Positions 38,231-42,722 of a stretch of 42,722 nt of DNA are shown here, in pieces. The translations under genes and the position numbers were made by a program. The DNA comes from Halodesulfurarchaeum sp. (lineage in GTDB: Archaea > Halobacteriota > Halobacteria > Halobacteriales > Halobacteriaceae): NCBI GenBank assembly GCA_042216015.1, contig JBDGUI010000043.1, forward strand, positions 1-42,722, written 5' to 3'. The notes beneath the pieces were generated by a model that saw nothing but the letters and a program-made list of their open reading frames with translations, did not search any database and was not told where the DNA came from. Positions within the stretch are counted from its first letter, which is position 1; every line of letters begins with the position of its first letter.

Positions 38231-39418
38231 GTGTCCCGAGAGCGTGATCCCCGAACCGTGCTTCGGGCCGTCTACGCGACCGTGCGAGAGACGCGGATCA
38301 CCTTTCTCGCCGCGGCGATCGCGTACTACGCCTTCGTCTCGATCATCCCTCTTGCCTTCCTCGGTCTCGCCGTCAGCCAGCTTCTCGGGGCCGGTCGTCT
38401 CACGCCAGTACTTTCCGGGGCCGATCAGTTTCTGACCCCGGGGGTCATCGAGATCATCGACCAGTCCCTGGCCGATAGTACGGCCCGGGGCGGGGCGACG
38501 GTCGTCGGGATCGGGTTTCTCGCCTGGTCTGCGAGCAAGGTCTTTCGCGGACTGGACGTGGCTTTCTCGCAGGTCTACGGGGAGCGCGGAACCGAATCCC
38601 TGTCGGCGAAACTCCTCGACGTGGCCATCGTCACGCTCGGGATTCCGGCGGCGCTGGTGGCGTGGGCTGCGCTGGGCGTACTCCTGCCGCCTCTTGACTG
38701 GCTTCCGCTCTCTGTGATCCTGGGCCAGCTGGCCCTCCTCGCTGTTTTGACCGTCGTCTTCTTCCCGATGTACTACCGCTTTCCAGCCGTCGAGGTGAGC
38801 CCCCGAGAGGCGATTCCCGGGACTCTCGTGGCTGGAACCGGGTGGACCCTGCTCGCGACGACTTTCTCGATCTACACGACCTACGTCACCGACTTTCAGG
38901 TCTACGGCATCCTGGGAGGGGCCTTGCTGCTCGTGACCTGGCTCTATCTCGGGGGGATTATTATCATGCTGGGCGCAGTACTCAACACCGTGTTGGCCGG
39001 AAGCCCAAACGACGTGCGAGCGGACGGTGGGAGTGGCGACGGGTCCGGGAGCGACCGCCGCGAGCCGGCCCCCGACATCGGGGAGCTCGGCCGTGAGGTC
39101 GACCGGCTCCGCGAGGAGTTGGACACAAAGACCGTGAGCCGGTCGGACCTGGAATCGGAGTTGAAAGCCTACGTCCGGAAGCGACAGCGGGCCGGAAAGG
39201 CGACCGGGTGGGGCCCCTATCTCGTCCTGCTCTACGGGACGGTCATGACCCTCGGCGCGTTTTACTGGCTCGAGGGAGGCTGGGCCATCCTGGCGATGGT
39301 CGTCGTCTGGCTCTCGACCCTCGGGCTCTACGTCCAGCTCGTCATTTTCGGTCTGGGTCTCCAGGTGGCCTCGGTCCCCGGCAGACTGATCGATGTCGTT
39401 CGGAAGTTCCGTTCATGA
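38231..39418 (+). CDS. YihY/BrkB family membrane protein with C-terminal extension
   Basis: AAAIAYYAFVS, VYG-LGG-LLL-TWLY...GAVLN; start uncertain (38137 or 38231). Confidence 0.88.
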   Translation: MSRERDPRTVLRAVYATVRETRITFLAAAIAYYAFVSIIPLAFLGLAVSQLLGAGRLTPVLSGADQFLTPGVIEIIDQSLADSTARGGATVVGIGFLAWSASKVFRGLDVAFSQVYGERGTESLSAKLLDVAIVTLGIPAALVAWAALGVLLPPLDWLPLSVILGQLALLAVLTVVFFPMYYRFPAVEVSPREAIPGTLVAGTGWTLLATTFSIYTTYVTDFQVYGILGGALLLVTWLYLGGIIIMLGAVLNTVLAGSPNDVRADGGSGDGSGSDRREPAPDIGELGREVDRLREELDTKTVSRSDLESELKAYVRKRQRAGKATGWGPYLVLLYGTVMTLGAFYWLEGGWAILAMVVVWLSTLGLYVQLVIFGLGLQVASVPGRLIDVVRKFRS

Positions 39419-39990
39419 GGGATCTTGGCGTCACGCAGGCGCTCGCTCCACAGGTCCCGGAGCCGGCGATCGGGCTCCTCGTCGTGCTGACGGCCTTCGG
39501 GGGCCCGAAATTCGTCGCCGTCGTTTCCACCGCCGGCTCGGTTCTCGGCGTCCGGTCCGGAGTGGTCGACTGGACCCGGGCCAGGCGCTTTCTCGTGGCG
39601 GTGGCTCTGGTGCTCTCTGCCTCGATCCTCCTCAAGTACGGCCTCGGGATGCCCAGGCCACCTGAGTCGCTGATGGCGATCCCGGAGGATGGCTACGGGT
39701 TCCCGAGCGGGCATGCGACGGCTGCGGCGGGGCTGTCGACCGCCCTGGTGGGCGTCTCACGCCACGAGGGACCCTGGCCGGCGATTCTGGCCGGCGGGTA
39801 CGTGGTGACCATCGCCGCGACACGGGTGCTTCTCGGGGTTCACTACCTGCCTGACGTCCTCGCAGGAATGGCCCTGGGGGTGTTCGTCGCGACTCTCGGG
39901 TTGCGCGCCGATCGGGTCAGACCCCGGGCGACGTCCGCTGTCGCGATCGTGGCCGTCGCCGTGTCCCTCTCGGTCTGGGCGTTTCTGTAG
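39415..39990 (+). CDS. PAP2-family membrane phosphatase
   Basis: K-----PRP, FPSGHA and TR--LGVHY--DV motifs; ATGA overlap with the YihY gene. Confidence 0.92.
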   Translation: MRDLGVTQALAPQVPEPAIGLLVVLTAFGGPKFVAVVSTAGSVLGVRSGVVDWTRARRFLVAVALVLSASILLKYGLGMPRPPESLMAIPEDGYGFPSGHATAAAGLSTALVGVSRHEGPWPAILAGGYVVTIAATRVLLGVHYLPDVLAGMALGVFVATLGLRADRVRPRATSAVAIVAVAVSLSVWAFL

Positions 39991-40019
39991 GGTGTTCGCC
40001 ACTCGCGAACCGGCAATAT

Positions 40020-40451
40020 TCAGTCCGTTAGTTGATCGACGAACTCGACCCAGCGCCGTGTTCCTTCCACGTACTCCTCCCGACTGCGGTCCGCGAGGTC
40101 GGTCTCCGCGAGATTTCCGAGCGCCGTGAGCGCTCTGTCCAACCCCATGATCGTCCGGGCGAGTTCCTCGGCCTCGCTTTCGGTGAGCGAGGCGGATGCC
40201 AGCCGTTCGCGGCGTCGCTCGCGCTCCCCTTTGAGCGTCTTTCGGACCTCCCGGACCGATTCTCGTTTCTCGGGTGGAATCGTGCCGCGGGATTTGGTCT
40301 CCACGACGAACGTCCGGAGCTCGAAGGATTCCCCGTCGATCTGTATCGTCTCCGGGATCTGTTGGCCGATGGTGGCCGTTCGGCGACCGATGCGATCGAG
40401 GAGTTCGCTTCGCCGATCCGGTGAGAGCTCTCCCGGTTCGGAATCGCCCAT
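40020..40451 (-). CDS. DUF5788-like helical protein
   Basis: LLDRI-R-TATIG--IPE, GLDRAL--L and RRW--F motifs; start MGDSEP. Confidence 0.78.
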   Translation of the reverse strand: MGDSEPGELSPDRRSELLDRIGRRTATIGQQIPETIQIDGESFELRTFVVETKSRGTIPPEKRESVREVRKTLKGERERRRERLASASLTESEAEELARTIMGLDRALTALGNLAETDLADRSREEYVEGTRRWVEFVDQLTD

Positions 40452-40525
40452 GCGTGAGCTATTACGATGGAGCGAGGCAGGTGTTTCGGTCAAAATCGGT
40501 CGCTGTCCGATATGCGGCCCGGATT

Positions 40526-41911
40526 TCAGAACTTTTCGAGGTAGCGGTCGAGTTCCCACTCCGTGACCTCGAGGTTGTACTCGGCGGCCTCCTGGCGCTT
40601 TGCCTCGATGAACTTCTCCGTCACGTGCTCCCCGAGGGCGGACTGGACGACCTCGTCCTCCTCGAGGGCGTCGACCGCGGCCGAGAGGTTCGCGGGAAGG
40701 GTCTCGATCCCGTACTCCTCGCGGGTCTCCTCGTCGAACTTGTAGATGTTCTCCCGCACCGGGTCGGGGGCCTCGGTCTCGTTTTCGATGCCGTCGAGCC
40801 CGGCGTGGAGCATGACCGCGATCGCGAGGTAGGGGTTCGAGGAGGGATCGGGCGAGCGGAGTTCGATCCGGGAGGCGGCCGGGTGCCGGGCCGCCGGAAT
40901 CCGGACCAGCGCGGTGCGATTGACGCCACTCCACGCGATGTACACGGGTGCCTCGTAGCCCGGAACGAGGCGCTTGTAGGAGTTCACGGTGGGGTTGGCG
41001 ATGGCCGTGATCGCCGGCGCGTGCTCCAGGATCCCGCCGAGGAAGTGCTTGGCGAGTTTCGAGAGTCCGAACTCGTCATCGGCGTCGTGGAAGACGTTCT
41101 CGCCGTCCTCGGTGAACAGCGAGAGGTGGGTGTGCATCCCGCTCCCGTTGACCCGTGCGATCGGCTTGGGCATGAACGTCGCGTGGAGGTCGTGGAGTTC
41201 GGCGGTCGCCCGCACCACCGAGCGGAACGTCGCGATGTTGTCCGCGGTCGTCAGGGCGTCGTCGTACTTGAAGTCGATCTCGTGCTGGCCGGCGGCGACC
41301 TCGTGGTGGCTGGCCTCGGTCTCGAAGCCCATCGCCTCGAGGTTGAAGATGATCTCCCGGCGGAGGTCGGAGGCGAGGTCCTTCGGCCCGAGGTCGAAGT
41401 ACCCGCCCGCGTCGTGGGTCGTGGTCGTCGCCCGGCCGTCGCCGTTCTTCTCGAAGACGAAGAACTCGGGTTCGGGTCCCACGTTGAGCGTATAGCCCAT
41501 GTCCTCGGCGCGGGCGATGGCGCGCTTGAGGACCGTCCGCGGGTCGCCCTCGAAGGGCTCGCCAGTCTTCGTGTCGATGACGTCACAGATGAGCCGGGCG
41601 GCCTCCCCGCTCTTCTCGTCCCGCCAGGGGATCACCGCGAACGTTTCGGGGTCGGGCTCGAGGCGCATGTCGGACTCCTGAATGCGCACGAATCCCTCGA
41701 TGGACGAGCCGTCGAAGTAGATCCCCTCTGTCAGGGCCTTCTCTGCCTGGCTCGCGGGGATCGAGACGTGCTTGACCGTCCCGAGGATGTCCGTGAACTG
41801 CAAGCGCAGGAATTCGATGTCCTCCTCGTCGATCCGATCGAGAACTGTCCGTTCCTCGGCGGTGAGCCCGCCGTCGGGGTGGGAAACTCCGGTTGTCATT
41901 TTGTTCGACAT
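40526..41911 (-). CDS. glnA: glutamine synthetase type I
   Basis: [50 protein letters not shown] and RIELR-PD. Confidence 0.98.
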   Translation of the reverse strand: MSNKMTTGVSHPDGGLTAEERTVLDRIDEEDIEFLRLQFTDILGTVKHVSIPASQAEKALTEGIYFDGSSIEGFVRIQESDMRLEPDPETFAVIPWRDEKSGEAARLICDVIDTKTGEPFEGDPRTVLKRAIARAEDMGYTLNVGPEPEFFVFEKNGDGRATTTTHDAGGYFDLGPKDLASDLRREIIFNLEAMGFETEASHHEVAAGQHEIDFKYDDALTTADNIATFRSVVRATAELHDLHATFMPKPIARVNGSGMHTHLSLFTEDGENVFHDADDEFGLSKLAKHFLGGILEHAPAITAIANPTVNSYKRLVPGYEAPVYIAWSGVNRTALVRIPAARHPAASRIELRSPDPSSNPYLAIAVMLHAGLDGIENETEAPDPVRENIYKFDEETREEYGIETLPANLSAAVDALEEDEVVQSALGEHVTEKFIEAKRQEAAEYNLEVTEWELDRYLEKF

Positions 41912-42023
41912 GCAACTCCAATACGGGATGTTTTAAAGCCCTAACGGTTGACTCAATCGGGGTTATTTCGGGAGTAATTGAACAATCGTAAACTTCTAAA
42001 CCCCGGCCCCCGCGTTTTCACCC
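41912..42023. promoter_or_regulatory. divergent glnA/lrp promoter region
   Basis: TTTTAAAG at about 41931-41938 (glnA TATA on the minus strand), TTCTAAA at about 41994-42000 (lrp TATA), near-palindrome CGGTTGACTCAATCG at 41945-41959. Confidence 0.65.
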
Positions 42024-42485
42024 ATGGCCTACGAGAACCTCGACGCCGAACTCATCAACGAACTCCTCGAGGACGGACGTGCGAGCCTGCGTAGCGTCGG
42101 CGAATCGCTGGGCGTCTCGGTGACGACCGTCTCGAATCACCTGCGGGACCTCGAAACGGCGGGGACGATCAAGGGGTTCGTGCCGGTCATCGATTACGAC
42201 ACGCTCGGCTACGACGTCACCGCAATCCTGCAACTCAAGGTCGAGGGGGAGGCGTTGCCGGAGATCACCGACCGCATGAAGTCGATGGATCGGATGATGA
42301 CCGTCTATGAGGTGACCGGCGAGTTCGACATCATCGCGGTCGGGAAGTTCGAGGACACGGATTCGATGGACGACATCATCAAGGAACTGCTCGCAGAGCG
42401 GGATATCAAGGAGTCCAATACGAGCGTGGTCCTGTCCTCGCCGGTGGAGTGCGAGCAGTTCCCGCTGCCGGTGGAGGGAGAGTAA
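42024..42485 (+). CDS. lrp: Lrp/AsnC-family transcriptional regulator
   Basis: N-terminal HTH (DGRASLR...[11 protein letters not shown]), RAM domain (VYEVTG-FD); divergent from glnA, as known in haloarchaea. Confidence 0.93.
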   Translation: MAYENLDAELINELLEDGRASLRSVGESLGVSVTTVSNHLRDLETAGTIKGFVPVIDYDTLGYDVTAILQLKVEGEALPEITDRMKSMDRMMTVYEVTGEFDIIAVGKFEDTDSMDDIIKELLAERDIKESNTSVVLSSPVECEQFPLPVEGE

Positions 42486-42722
42486 GGCGCTGGTGGGCTG
42501 TCTGCAATCGGCTCTGCTCGAATTGACTCGCGGATCGACGGATCAGGACAGTTTCAGAGCGATTATTTCGCTCGTGGTCCATTCTCGTAGGAATATTCGC
42601 AGGAAACGTTGCAAACCGTTTGCTTTTGATAATAATCTGATAGTGGCAACGGTCCCTTGCTGAATAGAGACCTTGAGATCATCACTGTCAACGAAGCCTG
42701 AAGATGCTCGATGAGCTGCCTG

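Noticed and set aside
40274..41944. 556-aa ORF antisense to glnA
   Set aside because: Antisense shadow of a highly codon-biased gene.
1..42722. CRISPR array, transposase, integrase, provirus or recognisable defence island
   Set aside because: No regularly spaced repeats or matching protein motifs were seen; gene content is mostly housekeeping.

Overview
High-GC haloarchaeal (class Halobacteria) chromosomal segment. The assignment rests on acidic proteins, archaeal-type ribosomal, transcription and translation genes, Tat lipoproteins, and TATA boxes about 25 nt upstream of starts. Most of the window is core genome: tRNA-Gly(CCC), nadE, tRNA-Thr(GGT), a cation-transport block (CaCA antiporter, K+ channel, two RCK_C membrane proteins), a VOC dioxygenase/esterase pair, pstSCAB, rdgB, the aIF2-gamma/PIN/rpoE1/spt4/DPCK/rps24e/rps27ae/kae1-bud32 cluster, DUF5787, MBL hydrolase, AAA ATPase, agl23-like, a histidine kinase, serS, tsr3, rpl40e, DUF99/UDG, hisH, trm1, YihY/PAP2, glnA and lrp. 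No integrase, transposase or CRISPR array was seen. The signals least explained by standard annotation are: (1) a 160-bp highly structured insert behind tRNA-Gly, bounded by a 26-bp duplication of the tRNA 3' end and carrying an internal inverted copy; (2) a candidate multi-stem ncRNA with its own TATA-like box at about 16670-16790; (3) frameshifted genes the ORF track hides (a Tat lipoprotein after tRNA-Thr and the first RCK_C gene); (4) a prenyl-synthase-like protein lacking DDxxD motifs; (5) a DUF5787 protein with a PD-(D/E)XK-like motif and four Cys, facing an AAA ATPase/MBL pair. All family names come from recognising motifs by eye, not from database searches.
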